64,000 nt of DNA from NCBI RefSeq assembly GCF_028641065.1, contig NC_073381.1, positions 39,804,001 through 39,868,000 on the forward strand, given 5' to 3'. The position numbers and the translations under genes are program-made. The notes beneath the pieces were generated by a model. It was not told the origin of the DNA. It ran no database searches and was given only the letters and a program-made list of their open reading frames with translations. Below, piece by piece: positions 45,315 to 57,600 of this stretch (positions are counted from its first letter, which is position 1; each line of letters starts with the position of its first letter). This stretch comes from Leucoraja erinacea. Taxonomy: Eukaryota.

Positions 45315-45575
45315 AGCGCCCATCAGCGGGACTGCAAACCCCGGTGCTGCTCCAAAACCCTGCCACCGTCGCATTGCAAAAACTCACCCAAATATCAGCG
45401 CCATGGTCCAGAGTTCGCCCGTCCAGGCGGTGTCTGTCTTGTGCTGTTGCATCGTCCCCATTTGCAAGAGACAGCGCGTGAACCCGCTGTGAGTGGAAGC
45501 AGTGGGCGGGGGGGCGCGCTGTTTTGACCTGCCGCTGATTGCAGGCGGGCACGTGTCCCATGTCCAGGTGATGCG
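45315..45575 (-). pseudogene. Orphan duplicate of ZPAX-b promoter, exon 1 and part of intron 1
   Basis: Colinear with 62683-62992; retains gaccATGG (ATG 45404), coding MALIFG and donor GG|GTGAGT (45387); truncated by the Gypsy LTR at 45312. Confidence 0.88.
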
Positions 45576-45879
45576 GGCCGAGGCATTGCCCTCAGTCATT
45601 AACTTTTGCGTCATTTAGGGCATCAATCCAGCGGATGGAAACAAAGTCCATCGCAGGGATTTAATTGAAGCACTGAAGATTGGTGCAGCCAAATGAATGC
45701 CCTATGGAGAAGACCCCACCCCATTGTCCTTCGTTGTTGGATGAGGGGCTGAGTCCGGTGGGAGCATCCCTCAAACAAGTGAAGTGATATGACCCCTGGG
45801 GACAAACGGAAATAGCAAGGGTGTTTTGTTTAAAGATAGGTGCGAGCACCACTGAGTATGACACTGCACACATTCACTA

Positions 45880-46540
45880 GGATGCAGGGTGACTTGGACA
45901 AGTTGGGTGAGTGGGCCAATGCATGGCAGATGCAGTATAATGTGGATAAATGTGAAGTTATCCACTTTGGTGGAACAGGAAGGCAGATTATTAGTTGAAT
46001 GGTGTCAGGTTAGGAAAAGGGGAAGTACAACGAGACCTGGGTGTCCTTGTACATCAGACACTGAGAGTAAGCATGTAGGTACAGCAGGTAGTGAAAAACG
46101 CTAATGGCATGTTGGACTTCATAACATGAGGAGTTGAGTATAGGAGCAAATAGGTCCTTCTGCAGTTGTACAGGGCCCTGGTGAGACCACACCTGGAGTA
46201 TTGTGTGCAGTTTTGGTCTCCTATTTTGAGGAAGGACATTCTTGCTATTGAGGGAGTGCGGCATCGGTTCACGAGGTTAATTCTCGGGATGGCGGGACTG
46301 TCATATGATGAAAAAAATGGAGCGACTGGGCTTGTATTGACTGGAATTTAGAAGGATGAGAGGGAATCTCATAGAAACATATAAAAATTATGAAGGGATT
46401 GAACAAACGTGTTCCCGATGTTGGTGGAGTCCAAAACCAGGGGCCACAGTTTAAGAATAAGGAGTAGGCAGGTCATTTAGAACTGAGATGAGGAAAAACT
46501 TTTTCACCCAGAGAGTTGTGAATTTGTGGAATTCTCTGGT
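45880..46540 (+). mobile_element. CR1 fragment
   Basis: [18 protein letters not shown] motif with stops. Confidence 0.88.
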
Positions 46541-48232
46541 AAAGGAACAATTTAACAGATGTTTAATAGTGAGATAATTGAATTGAGTTTGTTGTGGATC
46601 CAGAGCACAGGTTACCTGTTATTGGTGAGGGAGAAGGCTGGTTCACCTCAGGTGCACGATCAATCATTTGTGACATTATTTTCCTTGCATACTCATTATA
46701 TGCTTTCTAAACCCCTGCCTGGAGTTCTTCTGCCAGAAGTTTCTGTTTTTTTTTTCATTTATGGCATTAGTTACCATAGAGATGGCACCAACAGCATCCT
46801 CATCATCTTGAGTTAGCGCACACCAGTCAGGCATGATATTTCTATTGTATAATACGTCTCTAAACTACTTTCTCTCTGTCCACATTTGTGCCATGGAGTC
46901 ATTGAGAGATACACATGTTAACAAAGCCCCTCACTGAGTCGTGTAGACCATAAACACCCATTTTTACACTAATCCAATTTTAACCCATTTTATCCACCCA
47001 TCAACCTCCTCCCCAATTCTAACACTGAACTAGTGACAATTTGCATCGTCAGGTGAACTGCCCAACAAATTTAGGATTTGAAAAGAAACCAGAGGAGAAA
47101 CTGGAACAATCACCAGGAGAATGACTCAATATGACTTTAGTATTGAAAGTATTATTAAAGATTAAAAAGCAAAACTGTACCGTAAAGTGGGCAGCCTTTA
47201 AAGAGGAGATGATTTAGGTATAGTCTGGGTACATTCCACCAAGATGAAAAGTAAAGAGACCAAACCCAAAGCTTGGCATCAAAAATAAAGAATAATATCA
47301 AGCATAAAAGGGGGTATATGACAGATGATCAGTTGATACATAAGATAATCAGGCTGAATATAGAGATATCAGCAGGGATATAAAAAAAAATGAAAGTGCA
47401 AATATTGTTCATAAGATTAGACCGGCAATTATCATATAATGGTATCAGAAAGACTTCTTCAGGAATGGGTTTAAGAAGGGTTGGGGCTGATTAGGGATCA
47501 AAGGGAAATGTACTTTATAAGAAAAGACAGAAATACAAAATGGTGCTTTGGCAATGTCTTTATTCATGATAAAGCCATCCTAAAATCATTTTAAAATAAG
47601 ATAATTGAAATCATTGGTGAGACAACACATGAGATATTATGCATCAGTCTGGTTCCCTGGCAAACAAACAATATAATTGAGATAGAAGGAATGGAATGAG
47701 GCTCACCAGATTGATCCCTGGGTCAGGTGTGTGTGTCTATATATGTGTGGAGGGGGAAAGGTGGAGTTATCCTGAACAACAGATTAAACAAATAGGGCCT
47801 ATACACTCAAATTTCAAAAATTACATATTCTAAATGTAGAAAAATCTTATGGGTCTTGACAAAGTTGAAGTGGAATTAAGGTTGATCCAGCTGCTGTGTG
47901 TAAAAGTGAAGGCCTCAGGCTCAAAATAAGTGATCAGCCATTCAAGATTGAGAATAAATTACTTCAATTGCAGAGTACTGAATCTTTGCAATTCTCTGTC
48001 CAAGAGGGTTGTGGTGCCTCAGCCGAGTATACATATTCAAGACAACGATGGACATATTTTTCATTTAGTAATGAACCAGGGGCAGGAAAATAGCACAGAA
48101 GTAAACAAAATCAGCCTCAACCTTGTTGAATAATCAAGCAGGTTGAATGGAAGAACCAAAAGGGAATTAAAAAAGGTAGATTAAGATATATGGCAAATAA
48201 ATCAGGTTTGGATTGGGTGCACTCTAGATTTC

Positions 48233-48640
48233 TGGGCAGTGGGCAGGTGCTATAGACCTGCACGGGAAGGTAGACGCTCCCACCCCCACGAGTCACGGGC
48301 AGATGGGGCTCATCAGTCTGGGAAGGCAGTCCATCTAGGAGAGGGAAAATTCTGATTTAAAACCTCCACTGCCTTGTGGCCATATCCAGTCATGGAAAAG
48401 ACTCCTGGAGTAAACCTCAAGAAAATCCGGAGTCGGAGCCCCTAAGGCAGTTCGTCATTGTCTACAACCTTGCTCAGGCAGCTCCTGTAACAGCCTTGCT
48501 GTTCCTTTGGATCGAACAGCGACGTGGAGAGGGGGGACGTGCTGCATGGGCAACAGCCGATCTTCCACATGATATCACCAGGCTTGCATCTGATCAGGAT
48601 GCATCACCCATGGTCAGTCTTAACTGATAGGGGCCTACTA
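48233..48640 (+). mobile_element. Short non-autonomous RTE-like retroposon
   Basis: TSD CTAGATTTC at 48224-48232 and 48641-48649; (CTA)n tail; RTE-5'UTR-like motif GGCAGTCCATCTAGGAGAGGGAAAATTCTGATTTAAAACC. Confidence 0.6.
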
Positions 48641-49221
48641 CTAGATTTCCGAGGGAAGTAAAATTTTGACACATTTCCAGACCTTGTTAGGGGCATAGGG
48701 TTGGAAAATGATACCATTTTAAATTAATGTCAATGATCCCGGCATTTTAAAAGTGGTAAACAGTGAGGAGGATATTGTTTTGATTACAAAATTGGGGAGG
48801 GGGGAGTGCTGGAGGAGCTCAATGGGCCTGCCAGCATCTGTGGAAGGCATGGACAGATGACATCTTGCATCAGAACCTTGTTCTAACTGAATGGGAATCC
48901 ACATGGCAGATCAAATTCAATGCAGAAGTTTGTGATATAATGCACTTTGGTAGGAAGAACAAGCAAAAACAAGAAGGTTTTTGAAGTTCACAAATCTTCG
49001 CTTGACTGCAATCAGATTATTGGTGTCCATTCTGATGGTGCCCTTCACGTGTCTCAGAAAAGATGGGAAAGAATAGAACCAGCAATGAGTACTTTGGATC
49101 AATTTGAAACGCTTTGAGCTAGAGAAAAGATGGCAAGAAGAGTTAGAAGTGTTTGGCATTAAGGTTGTAGAGAAAGTGAATAAAGAGGAATTATTTCCCT
49201 TGGAGGAATACTAAGAGGATA

Positions 49222-50116
49222 CTAAGATAGGTGGTGTTGTAGATAATGAAGTAGATTTTCAAAGTCTACAGAGAGATTTAGGCCATTTGGAAGAGTGGGC
49301 TGAAAGATGGCAGATGGAGTTTAATGCTGATAAGTGTGAGTTGCTACATCTTGGCAGGACAAATCAATATAGGACATTCATGGTAAATGGTAGCAAATTG
49401 AGGAATGCAATAGAACAGAGGGATCTAGGAATAACTGTGCACAGTTCCCTGAAGGTGGAATCTCATGTAGATAGGGTGGTAAAGAAAGCTTTTGGTGTGC
49501 TGGCCTTTATAAATCAGAGCATTGAGTATAGAAGTTGGGATGTAATGTTAAAATTGTACAAGGCATTGGTGAGGCCAATTCTGGAGTATGGTGTACAATT
49601 TTGGTAGCCTAATAATAGGAAAGATGTCAACAAAATAGCGAGAGTACAGAGGAGATTTACTAGAATGTTGCCTGGGTTTCAGCACCTAAATTACAGAGAA
49701 AGGTTGAACAAGATAGGTCTTTATTCTTTGGAGCACAGAAGGTTTTGATTGATGTCTTTAAAATTATGAGAGGGATAGACGGAGTTGACGTGGATAAGCT
49801 TTTTCCATTGAGAGTAGGGAAGATTCAAATAAGAGGACATGATTTGAGAATTAAGGGGCAAAAGTTTAGGGGTAACATGAGGGGGATCTTCTTTACTCAG
49901 AGAGTGGTAGCTGTGTGGAATGAGCTTCCAGAGGAAGTGGTGGAGGCAGGTTCGATTTTATCATTTAAAAATAAATTGGTTAGGTATATGGACGGGAAAG
50001 GAATGGAGGGTTATGGTCTGAGTGCAGGTAGATGGGACTAGGGGAGAGTAAGTGGCCGGCGCAAACTAGAAGGGCCGAGATGGCCTGTTTCCATGCTGTA
50101 ATTGTTATATGGTTAT
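49222..50116 (+). mobile_element. CR1 (second subfamily) 3' fragment
   Basis: Highly similar to the reverse complement of 10481-11400; EEWAERWQMEFNADKCE. Confidence 0.9.
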
Positions 50117-50227
50117 AGAAGGGATAAGAACTAGAGGACATGGATTGCAGAGAGCTGGGAAAACAACAAGGGGTAATAAATAAAATATTTCACACAGAGA
50201 GCAGCTAAAATCTGAGAAGCAGATTCT

Positions 50228-50617
50228 TTTTTTTTTTTTTTTTAATTGGCAGTACAGTAACTTACATTAATACACATCACATATATCTTATTACATTATG
50301 TTGTACCACTTCATTTTTTGAGCTTTAAAAAAGATAGAAATAAAAGTAGTAAGGAAAGTAAGCAAGAATCGTGAAGGTGCAGGAAAGTGTTGGGAGAAGA
50401 AAGCCCCTTAGGGAAGGAATTAGAGAAGGAAGTAAAGAAAGGAAATAAGACCCTAGAAAGAAAAGAAAAAAAGAAGAAAGGAAAAGCAATCGCTCTATTG
50501 TAACACAAAACTCCGCAAAAAAGGATATACCAACTGTGTTTTTATTTTTAAATTATTTTATACCCCCCGTTACCAGATCCTGGTACCCTTTATATTTTAA
50601 CTTACTATTGCACCTTA
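50228..50617 (-). mobile_element. 5'-truncated polyA-tailed retroposition (L1-type 3' UTR)
   Basis: Poly-T run at the left end; 15-bp TSD TGAGAAGCAGATTCT at 50213-50227 and 50618-50632. Confidence 0.85.
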
Positions 50618-51990
50618 TGAGAAGCAGATTCTCAAATGGATAAATGATTGTTGGAGAAAAATAATTCTGTTCGGGGAACGGCTGGATCATTCTTGTAATG
50701 GGCAGACATTGGTCAGTGCTTGCTTAGCTGCTTATCTGAGCTGCAGTGATTTATAGTCAGCTGTTCAAACACTAGAACCTTGTGATTCCATCTCAGATTG
50801 TGTAGGTGCCAACAGTCTGTCCCTTCCTTCTTTGTTTTTCAATGGTATGTGTCAAATGTATGTTTTTAGTGTTCATTAGCTTGTTGTATGCAGGGGGAGG
50901 ATTGGGGGAAACATTTTCTAATCCCACCTCGACAGAGAGGCGATTCTTTTCCGTATCGTATCTTCATTCACACTGCGGTCTAACATCGAGGAGTCGGCGG
51001 CCTTTGCTGGAGACCGATTTTGAGAGCTCCACCGCGGGTGCCGGCAGGACTTTAATATCGGAGCTCCAACCATGGTGCTTGCGGACTTAACATTACGGAG
51101 CACGTGATCTCTAGTCAGAGACCGACATCGGGAATTCTAAGCCTCGGGAGTTTCGACCGCCCTGACGCGGGCGTTTCGATCGCCCCAACTCGGGAACTTC
51201 GATAAAGAGGAAGAAGATTGGACTTTTTTGCCTTCCATTACAGAGGAAACTGCTGTGGTGGATGTTTATGTTAACGATCATGTATTTGTGTGTCTTGTTG
51301 CGTTTTTTTTGTATAGCTGTATGGTAATTCGCATATCACTGTACCTTAATTGGTACATGTGACACTAAAAGACATTTGAAAATATTAAGGCTGCATCCGA
51401 GCCGCTCTGATCAGTATTGGTTTATTAACATCACACCTACCGCGATAGTGAAAAACGTAATGTGCATGCTATCCAGTCAACTCATACTGTACACAAGTAT
51501 TATTAACCCATTACATGACAGGCAGACTAAAGAGTAAAATACCAGAGTGCAGAATATACTTATAGTATTATAGCATTACAGTTACAGAGAAAGTGCAAAG
51601 AACACAATGTGATTGGGAGAACAATCTGCATTTTTTATCTTTTAACAGGACCATTCAAAGCAGTCTGATGATAATAGGAAATAGGCTGTTCCTGAGACTA
51701 GTGGTATGTAGTTTTAAGCTTTTGTATTTTCTGCCACAAAAGATGAAAAAGAGGGAATGACCAGGGTATAAATTGATACGTCTGAAGTAGGGTCTCGACC
51801 TGCAATGTCACCCATTTCTTCTCTCCAGAGATGCTGCCTGTCCCGCTGAGTTACTACATTATTTTGCAGGAAGAAATGAGTGTCCTTGTTCTCCAGATAA
51901 TGCAGCAAAGAATGTAGAGCCAGGGAGATGGCATCTGCCATGGACCAGTTGCAATTGTAGACAAACTGAGTGGATCAAGACTGGCTGGAT

Positions 51991-52368
51991 TAGAAACATA
52001 GAAATTAGGTGCAGGAGTAGGCCATTCGGCCCTTCGAGCCTGCACCGCCATTCAATATGATCATGGCTGATCATCCAACTCAGTATCCCGTACCTGCCTT
52101 CTCTCCATACCCCCCTGATCCCCTTAGCCACAAGGGCCACATCTAACTCCCTCTTAAATATAGCCAATGAAGTGGCCTCAACTACCCTCTGTGGCAGAGA
52201 GTTCCAGAGATTCACCACTCTGTGTGAAAAAAGTTCTTCTCATCTCGGTTTTAAAGGATTTCCCCCTTATCCTTAAGCTGTGACCCTTGTCCTGGACTTC
52301 CCTAACATCGGGAACAATCTTCCTGCATCTAGCCTGTCCAACCCCTTAAGAATTTTGTAAGTTTCTAT
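51991..52368 (-). mobile_element. Young CR1 3' fragment
   Basis: Near-identical to 9803-10194. Confidence 0.9.
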
Positions 52369-54675
52369 ATTAATATGACCAACCTTTTGAAACACTTCAT
52401 AATGAAGTAAAATTTGTGGTCGATGTTTCTAAATTACTTTTTAAATAATGCTCCAATTGTACATTGAGTAAGAGAATTTGAATAGCTTTGAAGATATGGT
52501 TGTCAAGGATCTGGAATATCCCATCTCCTCCCATGTGAATAATATTGCAATGCAGGAGGGGTAAATCTGATTAATAAATTGAAGTTGATGGGTCCAGAAA
52601 TAAAAGTCAAGAATTGGTGTGTATTTTATTGGTGAGCCACTGGAAAGACAGCTTGTCCAGCAAAACAGCTTCTATTGTATCAACAAATCAAATCAGACAA
52701 TGAGGTGTTTTTGTAATAGTTTTAGGAATCTCTCAGAGCATTTAAGTGCTATCAGTGAACCAAATTAAGATTGAGCCTACAATAACTTTTTTGCTGTGGG
52801 TGCAACCTGTGGTCAGAACATGAACCATCTCTGATACTCAAGCATTTATCACCATTGCATACAAATTCAATATAATTACTACAACTTGCTATGGTATTAA
52901 AGCTGGAGTAACTCAGGCACTACCTCTGGAGAACATGGGTGATGTTTCAGGTCAGGAAGATCTGAGAAAGATCCCAACCTGAACCACCTCTACACATTTT
53001 CTCCAGAGATGGTGCCTGACTTGCTCCAGCAGTGTCAATTTTTGTAAACCAGCATCAGCAGTATTTCAGTGACCACTTGCAGTTAAAGTAGAGTCAGTTG
53101 CATACTTGAGACAATTGTTTCCGATTACTGGGGGAAGGAAGCAACATTTTCTCCTCTTGTTTATTTCCAAAACACTCTTAAGTGGTTCTCTTATTCCCAA
53201 TTGAAATTGTATTACCTGTATAGCCAATTCAGTTCAGATATAAAATCTTCCTAAATTAATTGTATATCAAAACCATGTTCTGGAGATATGTAAAAGCAGA
53301 ACTTCTTGTATACTGTTAATACTTTGGAGAAATAGAAACTGCATTTCTTGCAGCTCTATGCAACTGCACAAATACAACCACAAATATGACAAGCTCTGAT
53401 TTATCATGTTGGCAGCTTCTTGTGAAACTGCCAGCATTTGCATCTATAGGTAATTGTTCCAAATTTTGAAATCAGCAAGTTGGAGGTTTAACATAAGGTA
53501 AGAAACACTGAGCTACATTGGTAGATCATGTAACTTTAATGCAATAACCTAGATGTATTTTTCCAATACTAATGATCGGTAGTGCAGTTTAATGATTGGT
53601 ATAGTCAAATTAAAAACCTAGCTTACAGCAAACCTCTGGGCAGTAAAGATTTTATTGAGCAAACAAGCCTTCAATGCAAAAATGTTCATCCATTGCTGCA
53701 TAATGCTACTCCAGGACCAATTGCTACAACTAGGTTATTACAGATGCATTCTGCAGCCCAAATTTAAAGGATATTTTGATTGTCCCTTTTAACTTATCCC
53801 TACTAGGTATTACAATATGGAGAAAGTGGCAAAAACAGAATTAATTTAACAACAAGTGCCTTTGCTTAACTGTCCATGAAATTATCTCAATAAGACACGA
53901 CCCAGAAATCTATCACATGACTTATCCAGGAAGCTTCAAATAGGTGCAATCTCTTGCCAAGAACTGGTGTCAAATAATAAAACGGAGTATACAAATTAAG
54001 GGAGACAAAGTTACAAATCAAAATAAAGCAGCATGTAGTGAGGAGATTGAAGTTTGTGCAGTGCCCAACTATGTGAATACCCATTTTGAAATTTGGCAAA
54101 CTGTTTCTGAAACCGACTAATCTGTCCCATTAAAATGGGCCAAGGTTTACAAATGGATAAGGCAGTAAAGGACAAGGCAAACCCAGGGATATTCATGGGA
54201 TTTAGGTACTTTAGCCTCAAGGAAAAATTTAGGATAGCAGAAAATGGCCAGCAAGGTTATGCAATACCAAACAGGGCACCAAGTCAGTAATAGGAATCAA
54301 GTCCAAAGGGCCACTACCTGAAATGTTACCCATTCCTTCTCTCCAGAGATGCTCCAACAGGAGTTACTCCAACATTTTGTGTCTATCAAAAGTTGAGCTT
54401 GAAAGTTTATTGGAATTAGCACAAGTGACAACATGGAATTCAATGGTACTTTAGTTCAGGATAGTGGCACCTCGAAAATTAGATTAAATTAAAAAAATCC
54501 ACATAAACACCAAGCCAGATGCAAAAGGCAACAGCCCACGGACTAGACATTGATGGAAGTTTTTCACATCTTTCATAAAACCCAAAGTTCAAGAAAGTAA
54601 ATTACCTTCACAGCAAACTTACACTAAAAGGCAACTGAAGACTCGGGTAATAAACATTTCAATTAAGAGCTTGTT

Positions 54676-57600
54676 TTAATCAGAGTCACTGCTTTTTTGA
54701 CATACACGACCAACAATTCCAAGTGCAATTGAACTAACAATAATTGTTGCACCTCCAATCAGCAGCACTGGCCAGGAATAAAATTCCATTTGGGCATCTG
54801 TGGGCCAGGGAAAATTAACAATTACAATTTTGAAAATTATGTTGCCTTGTAATAGCTCAAGAATGCTACCTCACCTCTCATGTCATGCTCTACATTTGGA
54901 AATTTTGCTACGAGCACTGCTCCCGACGATACAGATCCCTCCAAATGGTGCACTCCATCTACACTCCGACCTGCAATGACACCATGATCAGCACCAAGCT
55001 ACAAGCCACAAACAACCTTGCCATATTGTTAACTTACCCATTCGTTGTTTTCTTGGCATACATTTACCAGGACAGAGAAACTCGTTAATTGGGTCCTTCT
55101 TGCACAAAACTACACTGCAATGAAAGTACACCTGAGGGAGGAAAACATTAGTGAGACACTGCTCACTGGGTTTGAACATAATGTGGATAGCAATTCTCAC
55201 CTCTCGCAACAAGGTATTGAGATCTCCCAAGATGAATGCAAATGTCTTCACTTCAAATCTTTTCACATGGCTAGGATATCTCACCCTCTCATTCCTCACA
55301 ACACGATGGAAGATGGTCACTTGCAGATCAGCTTCATACTCACAGCTATTAATAAAACAAATTAGTCCATGCCAATTATTAATTGCCAACTATCCTTCAT
55401 CAGCAATGGTCACACTTACCTTTGGACAATGATGGGCCACTGTGGAATACTGTCTCTTCCTGGTGAGGCAGTTGCCCAGCAGGATTGCAAGAACAACTCA
55501 ATTTGTGGATCTTCATTGTGCAGCAGTTGCACTTCAAAGTAGAGGGGGACAGCCAGATACTTCACTACTGGATATTCATCTTTTTTGTACAATGTAGTAT
55601 AGGATTCATCTGCAAATTCAAAGGAAAATGTGGGTAGGTATCCAAAATAAAGTTGGGCCAGGAGAGTCATAAATCCCAGTGATCACTATTGAGAGTCAGG
55701 TCATTGTAAAGACTGAAAATATACCAAAGACTTTTACCTTTGGCAAGTTGCATAACCAAGACGATGGGTCCCATCCCAGGTACAACAACTGGCAGAGGAT
55801 TAATTTGGTGTTCAAACTGAAGATGCAGAGAATCATTTATGGGGTAACGACAAGATATTGCAAGTCTAGGAGGAGAAAATGTATAATTTATTCATACACA
55901 CATGGAATAAGGCAAACCCATTTAAATCGTTCTTACTGAAAGGTTGGCTCTTTAGTTGATTTGGCATCCATGTACACCACTTCATTCTCATAGATCATGT
56001 AATTCTTCTCAAACTAAGAAACAAAAAAAAAATGTTCAGCTATTAAATGGTTGTCCAGGACTTCCTGCAGACTCCACATGCCATTTACACACCAATTGTT
56101 TACCCTTCTCGTTGTGCCACAGGAATCCACAGAAAAGTCAAAGACTGCTTCGAACTTGCTTTCCTTTGCCTTGCAAGTCTGGTCTTTCAGCACGATTGTG
56201 CTAGCATCCATTCTCAACTGTCTTCCAAGTTTCACAGCAGTAATCATAATCCAGCCATTTGGGAAACATCCTGAAAGAGGAAAGGTTCATCATCACCAAG
56301 AATAAATGATGGCATGCAGCTATTAGTTGGGAAGTAAAACCAAAAACTTACTTATGAAGTCAGCAGTAGGAAAGCTGCAGGAAAGAGAAAAGTTCATCAG
56401 CACCTCGAAGGTTTTATTATCCCTCAGTTGGAAGTCAAATCTGCTCCGAAGGCCTTGGTGATTAATTGCCTGTGATGAGATAGCAATTGATTAATTTTGA
56501 TTCCATTCTAATAATTGCAAGACAGACCATTTGTGGAAACCACATACCTCATGGACAACTTCAGGTGAATCATGTGGAACAGTGATTGTTAAGTGGGTAC
56601 CATTCTCCCTCAAGATATACCCATCATGTTCAGAGTGTAGAGAGAGCTGCACGTTTCCAATGAAAGGGATCCAATATTGATCCAAAGTTCCGTGTGTAAT
56701 CAGTAAAGTCACATTTTCCTGGTCACAAAAGCCACTTGCCACTGGAAGTACTGGAGGAGGAAAGAGTTCCTTAATCAGTCAGGGGATCTCGAAGTTACAA
56801 GAAGAAGGCCAAAACAACTCACCTATGTTGTGCTTGTGTACTAATTGAGCTACATAGGTGAACATTTCATCTTCTGGCACGACAGCCAAGGTGTAGATGA
56901 TGTCAAGGGTATATTGTTCAACACCATCTCCTATATACTAAAATATAAAGCAGAGACTTAGCAGCTGGTCAGATGACAGGGACATTTTACAAATAGGCCA
57001 TTACCTTCCTATCAACGACTGGAGACTCCATTGGAACTTCAAGAACAAATATTTTATCAAGGGTCGTCTCATTTGGGGTAGTCGCATTGTAAACATCAAA
57101 CAACTGGTTTGGTTCATCCACAGAAAAGGACTGAGAACCAAGAGTGAGTTTGTGCAGTTCCACATCAGGAAGAAAATTGCCCAATGATACATTGAATAGC
57201 CATTGTTCAGGTTTGGTATCTGAATAAGAGAAGTAGAATTAATTCTTGGAGATGCAGGTAAAATATTTCTACCAATTGGTATGAACAGTCTTCAGACCAC
57301 AATCTTTCACTTTGATTCTAGATACTAGACATTGTTTTTGATTATAGTTGTAAGATCACACCAGATCATTTGGATCCAGTCAATTACTTCCAAAATATTT
57401 GGTTCAGTCAACCAAGATTTCAGCAAAAAGAGCGAAAGAATACAGCAAGATGGAGTCTCTAGTTATTCACCCACAGCATTGTGTATGGTCAAACCCTGCA
57501 AAGTCAAGTACATTGCTTTCTTCTTTGTATACACTAACACATTGTTTCACTTATAAGTGGTGCCTCCCATGAATGGCAATAGCATTTTTCCCTTCCCTGG

